DNA of 64,000 nucleotides from Eledone cirrhosa (Eukaryota): NCBI GenBank assembly GCA_964016885.1, contig OZ024746.1, positions 76,260,001 to 76,324,000 of the forward strand, read 5' to 3'. Shown piece by piece: positions 26,680 to 39,629 of this stretch (position 1 is its first letter; each line of letters starts with the position of its first letter). The notes under the pieces were generated by a model. It saw only the letters and a program-made list of their open reading frames with translations, ran no database searches and was not told where the DNA came from. The position numbers and the translations under genes were made by a program.

Positions 26680-28255
26680 GGGTCTCCCACAGTGTTTGCC
26701 AGTCTCACCCATACTCTTTCTATATTACACAACAGACTCGTTTACATCTCTATATAAAATTGTAGAAGTATCTGATTTTGCAAATGATATCAACTTATAT
26801 ACTTCATCTAGTATCATCAACAACAACAAAACCAAATTATGCACAGACCTATCAACTGCAACTAAATGGGAAAAAAAATGGTCAACAACTTGACCCCTCT
26901 AAAAAACAACTGGTTCATTTCCATACTTGATGAACCAACTACTGATACCACAAAAACCCATCAAGACACTAGGCATTTGGTTACAATCTGACTTGAAACG
27001 GGAAACTCATCTCAAACACACACTGAAAAAAATTACTTCGACATGGCATACAATTAAAGTAATCTCAAAGAAATTCCACTGTCTAACATACAACAAGTGG
27101 AGACTGTATAATAAGAGAGTCATCAATGCTCAATTGTTGTATGGCAGCTGGGTTTGGGGCCACACAAGTACTAGCTATCTTCAAGCTGTTGATAGATTCC
27201 ATACCGAAATTGGCAAAACTATACTGAGGTGGCTAAGATCTACTCTGAAGATGGTAATTTTTCATGAAGCAGAGTTAACCCAAACTCACTTGTTTATAGA
27301 AGAGTCCAGGAAATGTAAATTGCAAACTGCTCAGTTTAAATGCAAAAGAAAACAGCATGATACTTGGCTTTCTCCATAGCTAGAACAATTAAAATCATTT
27401 AAAATAATGATTAAAAACACAAAAGAGGGAGCAAAAGAACTCCATAACATTATAACACAGTCAATCTCTTTTAACAGCTGCACCTGCTACATAGATGGGG
27501 TACATTCAGACAATGGAGTGGGCTGTGGAGCTACTTGGTCTTTCAAAAATAATTATAAAGATATGAACTTCAGATTACATCGGGATTACACTATATTTGA
27601 TATCATAAATTCAGCTAAGGAATTGCCCTAGAAAAATGGTTTTCTATTTACTGATAGTCTATCGAACCTGCTTCAGTTAAGAAAAAGGGACCGAGTTAGA
27701 GATATTGAGAATACTCTGCTAAAAATAGATATTTACCTTTCAGAAAATGATAAAGAAATAACAGTGATTTGGATACTGGGCCATGCAGATATTAGAGGAA
27801 ATAGGAAAGCAGACAAATTAGCAAAAGAGGGAGCATGAATGGAAATAATAGATATAGACTACATCCCAAATCTTTCGCAGGTAAAATCATTTAGCAAATA
27901 TATAATTAGTCAAGGGTGGGAAACTTTCTTAACCAGATTTGACAACATTCAAAATTTATCTATCATTGAGTAATGCAAATAAAAAAGTCTATGCTGGCTT
28001 CGAACTGCACATATAACCTTTGACCTACATTCTATCAAAAACAGGTCGTAGAGATTCATTTCTATGTTCTTGTGATGACTCTCCAGAAACTCTTTGGCAC
28101 TATTTGTTCCAATGTAGAAACTATTAGTCTGAGAGAGAGGCAATATTGAAACCGATTTTTAAAAGACTACCAAGATTAGCAGTTCAATATATGGTTAAAG
28201 GTCTACCAAATATAAACAAAATCTTTGAGTACATGGAAACTACGAAAAGATTCTT
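26680..28255 (+). mobile_element. Degraded LINE with RT and RNase H (I-group-like)
   Basis: PVSPILF and FANDINLY (RT); CYIDG...GVGCG, FTDSLS and WILGHADIRGNRKADKLAKEG (RNase H). Stops and frameshifts present. Confidence 0.8.
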
Positions 28256-29094
28256 CTGGCTGTTTTACAGTTTCCATTGTTTCATAATTTCCTTTTCTTT
28301 TTCATTTTCTTATGTATAATCTGCTTCCCATTGGCCTTCAAGATTTGAATTTTTTTTTTTCAGGTTTTTTTACCTTTTTATTTTTTTTTATTACTTGTCT
28401 CACTAGCTCTTTTTGATTACCAACTGAAAGGAGTACTCGATACTTCCCCTAGTCTATCATGGCTTACTAGCTCTATACGGACGTTTAAATTGATTAAATA
28501 TATATACACACACACACACATATATATTACACAGTCATCCTCATCATCATCATCAGTTAATATCTGTTTTCTCGACTGTATGCATATATATAGATATATA
28601 CATATATATTGTTGTCAAACCTCTGTTGTTTCTGACTACAAGGGTACCAGTTGATCAAACAAAAAAACATCCTGTTCATGAAATTAACATGCAAGTAGCT
28701 GAGCATTTCACGGACACATATACCCTTAATGTTGTTCTCAGAGAGATTCAGTGTGACACGTATGATAGGGCTGACCCTAAGAATGACAGATAAAATTCAC
28801 TTTTGCCAGCTGAGTGAACAGGAGTAATGGGAAATAAAGTGTCTTGTCCAAGGACATTATGCACCATCTGGAATCAAACATAACCTTACAATCATAAGCC
28901 AAACATGCTATGCTGGATCGCCACACTACCAAATTTTCATCAAAAAGACTACCCGTTCCACTTAGTCCCATACAGGACTATACCCACAATATTTGCCATG
29001 TATACTGTATATGGCAACATTGGATTCAACTGCACGATCAGCAAGTAATTGTGGAACTCAAATTAATAATCACGTCAATATAGTAAATATATAT

Positions 29095-30090
29095 ATGACC
29101 GCGTTCCTCGGGACCTGCTGCGAAATGTTGTGCAGGAGTATGTGATTGTTGCCTTGATGTCTCTATACAAATATGCCTGAGTATTTGTTTTCAAATAAAT
29201 CAAAACCATTCAATGTGGGAGTCAGACTTCACCAAGAGTGCATACTGTCACCTCTCCTGTAAACAGGATTGACATGCACAACCAGGTTGGAAGTGGTATC
29301 ATGACTGGCGGGTGTAAAATCAATCTGCTGGAATTTGCAGATCACATGGTGTTACTTAACTTGACAGAAGGTGATCTCCAACTTGCACTCGATAGGTTTG
29401 ATGCCAAGTGTTGCATGGCTGGAATGAAAATCAGTTATGCAAAAACTGAGACACTTGTCCTCTCAAGGAAGCCTGCGCAGTGCACTCTACATGTAAATGG
29501 AGTTCCACTGAAGCAGGTAGAGAAGTTCACGTATCTTGGGGCCGTGTTCACAAGTGATGGAAGGCAGGAAGTTGAATTAAATGCATGAATTGCAGGAACT
29601 GGTATAGTGATGCACCAGCTTCAGCATTCAGAAGAAAGGAGGTAGGTGTAAAAGCTGAACTCACTATCTTCAATTCGATATTTGTGCCAACCCTTCCCTA
29701 TGGTCATAAATCTTGGGTAATGACTGAAAGAATATGATCACGAATATAAGCGGCCAAAATGGGGCTCCTTCAAAGGGTCTTTAGAGTAATGTTACTCGAT
29801 AAAGTACGTAGCTTGCAGATCAGAATGTCACTCCAGATAGGGCCGCTACTTCTCTGAATTGAGAGATTACAGCTCCGATACTACGGGCATGTGGTTAGAA
29901 TGTCTCAGGAAAGAATTGCTGGAAAGATTTTATGGGCAAAACCAACTGACAGGAGACCCAATAGTAGACCCCAAGCAAGATGGTTGGATAACATCCATGA
30001 GCCAGCCAGATCAGTTGGAGACATTTGCTTCTGACAGAACCCACTGGAAGGAGTGTTTGAGGACTCTGCCCCCATGACCCTCACAAGAAT
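29095..30090 (+). mobile_element. Degraded RTE-clade LINE RT fragment
   Basis: FADHMVLL...GMKISYAKTE...QVEKFTYLG. An inverted copy of its 3' end lies at ~30225-30350. Confidence 0.8.
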
Positions 30091-31532
30091 AAGTGGGCAA
30101 AGAAGAAGATATATATTACACTCTACTTTTTCTTTTGCTTGCAAATCAAAACAAAATTATGTTAAATAATGATGATGATATATGGATAAGATGTTATCTT
30201 TTCTTCTTTTTCACCTACTTATATCTGGGAAGGTCCTGGGGGCAGAGTCCTCAAGCATGCCTTCCAGTGGATCATGTCAAAAGTACCCATCTCCAATTGA
30301 CCAACTGAGCTCATGGATGTTATCCAACCATCTTGCCCAAGGTCTACTCGTGGGTCTCAGAATCTTTGTTTGGTGCAGAAACTTGCATCATCCATAGAAA
30401 CCTTTCTTTCAGCCTAAGCTTCAAGAGGCAAATTCTCCCTACCAATAGGATCCAGTCCATAACACATTCAGACACCCGGGGGCAGGTGGGAGCTTGTAAG
30501 TATCCCCCATCCCGATCTGTGCAGTCTTTTCTGACTCCACACCTGAACAGTGGAGTTTCCATCTTCTTCTTCCACTTATTCCATGGAGGGTTGTTGGGGA
30601 AGAGTCCTGAAACGTGCCATCAAAAAGGAAAACAAGAGAGATTGCTCTAATTATAAAGGGATCTCTTCGTTAAGCCCCCCCTGGAAAAGTCTATGTTAAG
30701 TGTCTGGTAAAGTAATATAGAGATATTGTCAAGTTAAAGCTAGCTGACAGTGTGGTTTTTGCCCTAGACACAGCACAGCTGACCAAATATTTACACTGCA
30801 GAAGGTCTTTGAGAAATCACGGGAGTATTGCTAAGAGGTGTATGCTTGTTTCATAGACCTCAAAAAGACATATGACTACATTCCAGGGGACCTGTTATGG
30901 AAGGTTCTGCAGGAGTATGGAATCGATGGACAGCTTCTTGTTGCCCAAATGACTAAGTTTCCATCTTTCATCCAAATCTGCAGTACCAGAGCCACGGAAT
31001 TTGTTTGAGAAAACCCCAACTATATCTAGCCAGTAGCATCTAGCCTCCCCCATTAGTCTTTACTCCTGACCTGTAAGAGTTGTAATGTTCCAGTTACCAA
31101 TTGTCATGGTTTACTCCCTTCCAGACCCTCTTAGGGTTCTCAGGACACATAACCTTTGTGCTTCCATCCCATACCTCCCAGGGCAGGTCACAGGCCCATC
31201 GCCAGTTTTTGCAGTGTTGAATGAAGACTGCAATATATTTTTCAAACAGGCTCCTCTACCTAAGATCTGAATGTGTCCCTAGTTAGTTATCCAGCATGAA
31301 AGATGATACAGTATAAAAAGCCTTTATTTTTTCTAGCCATTTTGCAATGTTTTGGTGGTCTTATTTGTGTTAGTCATCAATTTGGTACTTTTCTAAGATC
31401 TGCGAAGACTAGGCTTTTTAGAGGAAGCCTTTACTCACCTCATCATAGCTTCATCACTGGGTTGCGAGAGTTTTCTTGGCACTCCATATTTAAAAAACAA
31501 AACAAAAACAGAGTGTAGATATTTTTTAATAG

Positions 31533-31929
31533 TTACCCAACTACACCTCTCAAAGTCAATGACACACGACCGTGACTTCTGGCGTCACGCAGTAATACAG
31601 GGTACCCGACCTCCCATGGGTACATGCTGAAGCATATAAACAATATGCCCCCCCCCCCCCCACCGCAAGGTGGCCGTGGAGGTGCCATGGCAAAAAAGCA
31701 CCCAGCCCACACTGTAAAGTGGACGTGTAGGCGCCACGAAAAAGCACCCAGCACTCACTGTAAATGAGGTTGGTGTTAGGAAGCGCATCCAGCTGTAGAA
31801 ATCAAGCCAGATCAGTTCCTGTATGAGCAAGGCATGGTCAGCCGACCAGACACTGCCCACAACAGGACAACCCGTCTAACCCATGCTAGCGTGGAAGAAC
31901 GGACGTAAAACGGTGATGATGATGATGAT
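31533..31929 (+). mobile_element. Second copy of the ~400 bp (GAT)n-tailed element
   Basis: Near-identical to 14272-14669 with the same 5' start. Confidence 0.8.
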
Positions 31930-32859
31930 AGTGGAGGCACATGGCTTAGTGGTTAGAGCATTGGCCTTGCAATCGAAAGGTTGTGAGTTCAATATTCAGA
32001 CCGGGTGATGTGTTGTTTCCTTGAGCAAGAGACTTTATTTCACATTGCTCCAGTTTACTCAGCTGTAGAAATGAGATGATAGGGACTGGGGTGCCTATCA
32101 TTCCACTGCAAAGTGGACGTGGAGGTGCCACAGCAAAAAAAGCACCCAGCACTCACTGTAAATGAGGTTGGTGTTAGGAAGGGCATCCAGCTGTAGAAAT
32201 CAAGCCAGAATCAGTTCCCGTCCCACCCTTGCAAGCAGACGTAAAATGACGATGATGATGATGATAGATAAATGTGTATATTATATTTATGTATATACCT
32301 ACAACATACATATAATATAAGAATGCTGGAAATTGTTTTGATATCAAATCCCTACCAGAGTTGATGCTACCTTTATTCTCATCAGAATTGATCATATAAA
32401 TAACTGTAATATATGTGGATCAATTCATTTTATGATTCAATTATTGTTTTAATGGTTTTAATCATCTGACTTTCACCAGAAACTTATTTTTTCAAGCCTG
32501 GTACTTATTCTACCAATCTCTTTTTGTCAAACTTCCAGGTTACATACAGGACATAAATAAAAATAAACACAGGATTGGGAACACACACACACACATATAT
32601 ATATATATAGGCAGAAGAGCAGAAATCTAGGTAGTAGGGAACATTCGATTATATTGCTGGTACTTTATTTTATTGAACATAGAAGAATGAAAGACAAAGT
32701 TGACCCTGGTGGTATTTGAACTCAGAAAGTAAAAGGGTGTTATTAAATATCAGAAAGTATTCTTGTATGTCTGTCACTCTACCGATTCTGCCAATCTACC
32801 ATCTACTTTTGTATTGATAAAAATAACAAAGTAATGATCTCAGATTCAATTGATTTCAG

Positions 32860-33045
32860 ATGTACCGCATCAAGATTTTTGCATACAGAGAAAGCGACAG
32901 AATAGTATTTGTGGAGCACAAAGAAAGTGGAATTGGAGGAAGTATCAATGTACAACGGTTTGCTCCAAGATATTCTCTGATTAAACACATCTCTGAAAGT
33001 TCTATAAACAAGGCTGTTTTGGCTGCTGAATCATTGTTTGACTGA
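32860..33045 (+). CDS. Gene B terminal exon 6a
   Basis: attgatttcag acceptor, phase 0, MYRIKIFAYRES...AESLFD*. AATAAA at 33129 and 33241. Confidence 0.9.
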   Translation: MYRIKIFAYRESDRIVFVEHKESGIGGSINVQRFAPRYSLIKHISESSINKAVLAAESLFD

Positions 33046-34341
33046 TAATTTCAATCTAAGAAATCAAATATGAAAAAATTGGCACTTTAAAATAATTGGA
33101 GTTGATGAAATTTGATTTCCAGATTCATAATAAATCAAAGTCTGATGATTGTTTAAAAGAATTAACAACAACAACCATAACAAAAGACACTGTTTCGTAT
33201 TATTTGAAGTAATTTTTACTCTGGGTTTCCGACTGTAAATAATAAAATTCAGAAATTGCAGTTTTGAAGTATTCTTTGATTATTCTCATTACTCTCATTG
33301 GTTGATGCCTCTAGCTAGTAATATTTTCTGAAATCATTGTCCTCAGTGACTTTAATGTACTCAGCTCTAAGCTAAAGCCAACAATTAAGCCTGTACATGG
33401 TGCGTTGAGCTGCAAGAAATAGCAGCCAAATCCTCCACAAAAGAATAAAAGAAAACACTCTGTCTGGAAAAAATAAAACAAAACAAAAATGGGATGGTCA
33501 CAACTGGAATGCTTTTCAGAACAGCTCTGATCAATCAAGGTTGATCTGTGGCTAAACCTCAACAACTCCTCTTGGCTCTAACCTTTCTCACACACAGACA
33601 TCACAGAGGTTGAATTGTTTGTTAATCTGCTCTGTCTGCACATCCATGATGTGACAGCTGGAAGGAGAGAGGGCTGCACCAACCCAGTGCTGATGGTTTC
33701 TTCATCAACCCCTCCCCTCAAAGGATGAAATGCAAAGTGGACTTTGGTGGGATTTGAATTCAGAGTGCAGAGAGCCAAAACAAGTGTCCAATTCTCTAAC
33801 AACTCTGCCAAATTGACCACCTACAAGTATTTTTACTTTTAGAAGTAGTTGATCATCAAGATGAATTTTTCCCAGTTTGTATTTAAACTCTACTGGTGTT
33901 ATATTAGGTTCGTATATTGAGTCTTCAGGTCTATTGGTTATAACCACAGAAACTCCATTTTGTGATCAACTGTCACATAACTTGGCCAAGTGAATAACAA
34001 CTTGTACTATAGAGGTTAATTTCAGATTGTATTTACCTATTTTCACACTCAATTCAGAACTAGCTGTCGAAACGGCCAGAGCTCAGCCGTTGGGGTCCTG
34101 ACTCATTTCCTATTACCCACTCTACTACCCTAAGTATCGAGTACTCTGGTGCGTTATGGTCCACCTGGTATCTTACCACACCTTCTTTGTTATATATATA
34201 TATATATATATATATTTATTAAAATAACAGAGCCCTCTTTGGATTTTAGTCTTCAAATTTATTATTATTACTATATATATATATATATATATATATACAT
34301 ACATATATATATACATACAAGCAGGGAAAAGCAGACGTAAA

Positions 34342-34373
<32 letters not shown>

Positions 34374-34424
34374 ATATATATATATATATAAAATTCTCAT
34401 CATTTTTACATCTACTTTTCTGCA

Positions 34425-35125
34425 TTTGCATGGGTTGGATGGGTCCTTCTCAGTACAGCATCTCCCCACATGTCGCAATCCTTTGTCATTGCTTCTGTGA
34501 GTTTCAGTGATTTAAGGTCAGCTCTCACAACCTCTGCTCAGGTCTACCTCTACTCTGGCTTCCTACCACTGGAATTTCCTGGCACTTCTTCGCCCAATGA
34601 TCATTGTCCATGGCTATTACATGTCCAAACCAATGCAGTCTTCTCTCCTGCACACCACCTCAGATTCCTCTTAAACCCAGCTTCTCCTTCAACTCATCCA
34701 AGCTCTGACTTCCTCTCACACTTACATTGAACATCCAACAGAGAATGGCTGCTTCATTTCTCTCCAGGCTGCGCATGTCCTCTGCTGTCAAAGCCCATGT
34801 TTCACTACCATGCAACATTGTACTTCACATACAGGTGTCATACAGTCATCCTTTTGTACGTAGGATTAAACCTTTTGTGGTCAACAGAGGGTGCAGCTCT
34901 CTGAACGTTTTCCATCCTACCCTTATTATGATCCCAGAGCACCCTCCTCCATTGCTAACTACATCACCTAAATAGCAGAAGCTATAAATCACTTCCTGTG
35001 ACTGGAACAGGTTTGCATCACTGGCTATTTTGTCCTTGGTTACCCCTGTGCATCTTCTACAAACAATGTCTTCCCTTCCTGTTAGACTACCCATTATTCC
35101 ACTACATCTCTTGTGTACCCAAGAT
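34425..35125 (-). mobile_element. Older degraded copy of the RTE LINE 3' region
   Basis: WVHKRCSGI...FCYLGDVVSNGGGCS...GWKTFRELHPLL, homologous to 35763-36332. Confidence 0.8.
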
Positions 35126-35160
35126 TTATATTGTGTGTGTATATATATATATATATATAT

Positions 35161-38100
35161 CATCATCATCATCATCATCATCGTTTAACGTCCATCTTCC
35201 ACGCTTGCATGGGTTTGGACGGGAGTTTTCCCGCTTGAGGCAAGAGTGGTTGTCTTGCTCGCATAGGACTGTCTGGCGTGTTTTCTACGGCTGCATGCCC
35301 TTCCTAACACCAACCACGTTTACAGTGTGGACTGGGAGGTTTTTACCATGTTACCTACACGGCCACATTACAGCGTGGACTGTGTGGTTTTTTGTCGTGA
35401 CACCTACACGACCACATTTGTTTCGGACTGGATGTTGTGGTACCAACATAACTTTACATTGAAAGGGGTGGTGTGGATGGGGTGGGGGTAGTGGGACGGG
35501 GGGTGTATTTTGTTAGAGGTGCCTACTGACTGTAGTAGGTTTCACTTTGTACTTAGGTAAGGCGGGTCTTCTGTATTACTGTGTAACGCCAAAGATCTCG
35601 GTCCAGTGACATTGTCTTGGAGAGGTGTAAGTGTGTGAGGTCGGAATTTATCAAGTCGTCCCAGGTTTTTCTGGGTCTGCCTACTCCGTGGCTACGGTCT
35701 ATTTTTATTGCCCTCCACTTTTTTATACAGCTGTCGTCTTTCATGCGCATCACGTGACCATATCAACATAATCTTCTCTCGAGTAAACAATATCTGATCC
35801 GTCTTATTTCTAATTTTTCCCTTAGTTCGTTTATGCTTTGCTGTTCACGTATATTACTATAACACATCCAGCGGAGCATGCAAGCTTCATTCCTCTCCAG
35901 TCTGCGTATATCCTCTGCACACAATGCCCAGGTCTCACTGCCATGTAACATTGCTGTTCGTATGCAGGCATCATACAGCCTGCCTTTCATTTTTAGAGAG
36001 AACCCTTTAGCGGCTAATAGTGGTATAAGCTCTCTGAACTTTTTCCATCCAGTTCTGACTCTAGCTACTGTACTTTCAGAGCACCCTCCACCACTGCTGA
36101 TTTTGTCACCCAAGTAACGGAAGGTGTCCACTATTTCTATAGAACCATCTGTGCAATGGAATGAGCTAGTATTCTGTGGGCACTTGCTGCTACTTATTCC
36201 ACCTGAGCACCGGCCACATATAAAATCTATGTTCTTAGTTAACTTACCCGTGATCCCACTACATCTTTTATGCACCCATACTTTGCATTTGGGACATAAA
36301 ATGGAGTTTCTACCTACTCCTTTCCTACACACTGAGCATGGCCATTTCCCGGATGGGACCGGTGCCCTATTTTCCTTCCTACAAACTAGAACTTTAGTCT
36401 TAGACAGGTTAATTTTAAGGCCTTTTGATTCTAGGCCATGCTTCCATGTTTAGAATTTCTTCTCTAGTTCGGCCATTGATTCAGCTATGAGCGTTAGATC
36501 ATCTGCGTATAGGAGTTCCCATGGGCAGCCGGTCTTGAACTCCACTGTTATAGCCTGAAGGGCAATAATAAATAGTAGGGGGTTAAGAACGGAGCCCTGA
36601 TGAACACCAACTTTTACGCTAAACTCTTCACTATATTCGTTGTTAATTCTAACCTTGCTGACTGTTTCTTTATACATGGCTTGTATAGCTCTCACAAGCC
36701 ATTCATCAACACCTAGTTTTCTAAGAGCCCACCAGATAATGGAATGGGGGACTCTGTCGAAGGCTTTCTCCAAGTCGACAAAAGCTAAGTATAGGGGTTT
36801 ACTTTTAGCTAGGTACTTCTCCTGTAGTTGTCGTACAATGAAAAAAGCGTCTGTGGTACTGCATTTCATCTAGATCAATTCTCTCTCTGATTAGTTGCGC
36901 TATAACTTTTTCTGTGACCTTCATGACCTGGTCGATTAATTTAATGCCTCTATTACTCCTATCTAGAGCATCTCCTTTACCCTTGTAGCAGTTAATGATG
37001 ATGCTGCTACGCCAGTCCTTCGGAACAACCCCATTCTGTATGACTTGGTTTACTATCCGGGTGACCATGGTGTGTCCCACTGTTCCAGAAGCTTTCAGCA
37101 TTTCAGCAACTCTTTCCGAAGGCCCAGCCGCCTTACCCGTCTTCATATCTTTGATTGCCTTACTTATTATACTACCTTCGACTAACACTGCTAGTCCCTC
37201 TATTGGATCGATGTGGGGGAGACTGTCTTTCTCCCATTTATTCTCATTTAGTAGCCTTTATTAGTGACACTTCCAAGCTACCTTCTTATCAGCGTCAGTG
37301 ATGGCAAGTACACCATCATCATTAAGGACACACTTCTCCCTGACAATATCACGGTTTTCCTTGACACATTGCCTAGCAATCCTGAACACCTCACGTTTTT
37401 GGTCCTCGCGTTGTAGAACATGCTTGAACTTTCTTTCCTCTGCTTCCCTTCTTGCGAAGTACACTTGTCTCCTAGCTTCCCTCCTGGCCACTTGATAGTC
37501 TTCTCTACTTCCCCATCCCGCCATACTTTCCAAGCCTGTTTTTTGGCCTTAATTGACTCCTCCACCTTACTGTTCCACCTCCACGTTACTCTCCTCCTGC
37601 CTATAGGCCTGCTCCAGCCACAGACTTCGTCTGCCGCCATCAGCAGGTTTGCTTTCAGGAATTCCCACTGTTCCTCTATATTGTACGACTCTAAATGCTC
37701 TTCCTTACTGTCGAAAGCATCAAGTAATATGCTTTTAAATTTATTACTGGCTGTGGGGTCCTTTAATTTCCATATTTTTCTCCTGAGGATAGTCCTCTTC
37801 TGTTGTCGAGTACGTCTCGTCCTGACTATGAAGTCGCTAATTATCAGTCTATGTTGGGAGGTGCATTCTTCATGGGGGAGGGATTTAGTGTTTACAACAG
37901 ACACTCTGTCACGTCTTCTGGTAAGGTTATAATCTACCTGGCTGGTATGTTCCCCTGATCTGTAGGTGATCAAGTGATTGTCTCGTTTTTTGAAGTTAGT
38001 GTTACAGATAGTTAGATTATTCACGTCACAGAATTCCAGGATTCTGGAGCCTTCCTCATTTCTAGTACCAAACCCATAGCCTCCGTGGATTCTGTCATAG

Positions 38101-38258
38101 CCGTCACAATGTTGTCCAACATGACCATTTAGGTCACCAGCAATAATTATATAGTCACTGTCGGTTATTTGGGAGGTAGTGAGCATCAGTGCCTCATAGA
38201 ATCTGTCTTTTATAGCGCCAGGCAGTCCGGATTGGGGTGCGTACGCAGATATTACTGT
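35161..38258 (-). mobile_element. RTE-clade LINE (APE endonuclease + RT + Cys-rich finger), 5'-truncated and frameshifted
   Basis: AGDLNGHVG, TYRSG...SQVDY and SQHRL (APE); FVDLEKAFDRV, GVHQGSVL and LLYADD (RT); CxxC...CxxC...HxxC...CxxC finger; 3' UTR ending in (GAT)n; 5' end at a (TA)n microsatellite. Confidence 0.93.
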
Positions 38259-38278
38259 CTATATATATATATATATAC

Positions 38279-38350
<72 letters not shown>

Positions 38351-39443
38351 ATGTAAAAATGGAATGATCAAAGGTTGCCTCCAACAAACTCTGAAGGAAC
38401 CATCCTATAAAAATACTGTTTCAATACATTTTATTTCTGAGTTCAAATCTTAATTAGAGTTGATGTTGCCTTTATTCTCAATGAGGTTCAAATAGATAGC
38501 TGTAATATATGTGGGTTATTTCATTCCATTATATATCTTTACTCCAAAATTGGTCTCCAGGCTTGTCAGGAGTTGGTTTGGGTTTTTACATTTAAATGTA
38601 TTAACATTCTGTAATGATTTATCTGAAAATATCTAAAAGCAAGTATGTTAACTCAAATGTTTGTAGTATCTTTACTAGTAGTTGTTGTAACAATTTGTAG
38701 TATTAAACTACAGATTTTGATTTTTAATGTGGTATAGTCGTAGTAATATTTTGTACTTTTCAGGAATGTCTTTTAAGTGCAGGCTCATGTGGTTTGTTAA
38801 TTAAAATATTTACACTATCTGCACTAGTGGACATATCATTGAGAAAAATTGCAATATTAGTGTAGACTTCAATCTTGAATGTGCTCTCATAGTACTGTTT
38901 TGTACTTTTCAAGAATATCTTGCCAATGTGGTTTAATGCAGTACAAAACATTAAGAGTTAAACAGAAGGCCAGTAAGGAAAATATTTTGGAGTAAAATAA
39001 CCAAAATTTATATAGCAACAACATTGACATTGAAATATACAATAAATGTTTCTAATACAGCCACAAGAATTTGTGGGAACAGAGAAGAATCAATTAAGCC
39101 AACCTCAGTACTTGACTAGTACTTTATATTATGGGGGAGGGGGGGGGGGGGGGGGGGGGGCAGAGAAGAGTCATTTAAATAAACCTCACTACTTGACTGA
39201 TATTTTATTTTATTGTGGTGGAGGGGCAGAGAAGAGTAATTTAAATCAATCTCAGTACTCAACTGGTACTTTATTTTATCAACCCTGGAATGATGAAAGA
39301 CAAAGTTAACCTCAGTAAGGGCATTATTAAATACCAAAAAGTAGACTTGTATGTCTGTCACTCTACCGATTCTGCCAATCTACCATCCACTTTTGTATTG
39401 ATAAAAATAACAAAGTAATGATATCAGATTCAATTGATTTCAG

Positions 39444-39629
39444 ATGTACCGCATCAAGGTTCTTGCATTCAGAGAAAGTAACAGAATATTGTTTTTGGAG
39501 AAAAAGTATAGTGGAGTCTTTGGATGGATTAAATCAATAAAGTTTATTCCAAGACATCCTGTAATTTACAGGATGTCACAAAAAATTATGCAAAGAGCTA
39601 TTTCGGTTGCTGAAACTTTCTTTGACTGA
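39444..39629 (+). CDS. Gene B alternative terminal exon 6b
   Basis: Same acceptor context as 6a, 61 codons, intact: MYRIKVLAFRES...AETFFD*. AATAAA near 39757 and 39891. Confidence 0.8.
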   Translation: MYRIKVLAFRESNRILFLEKKYSGVFGWIKSIKFIPRHPVIYRMSQKIMQRAISVAETFFD

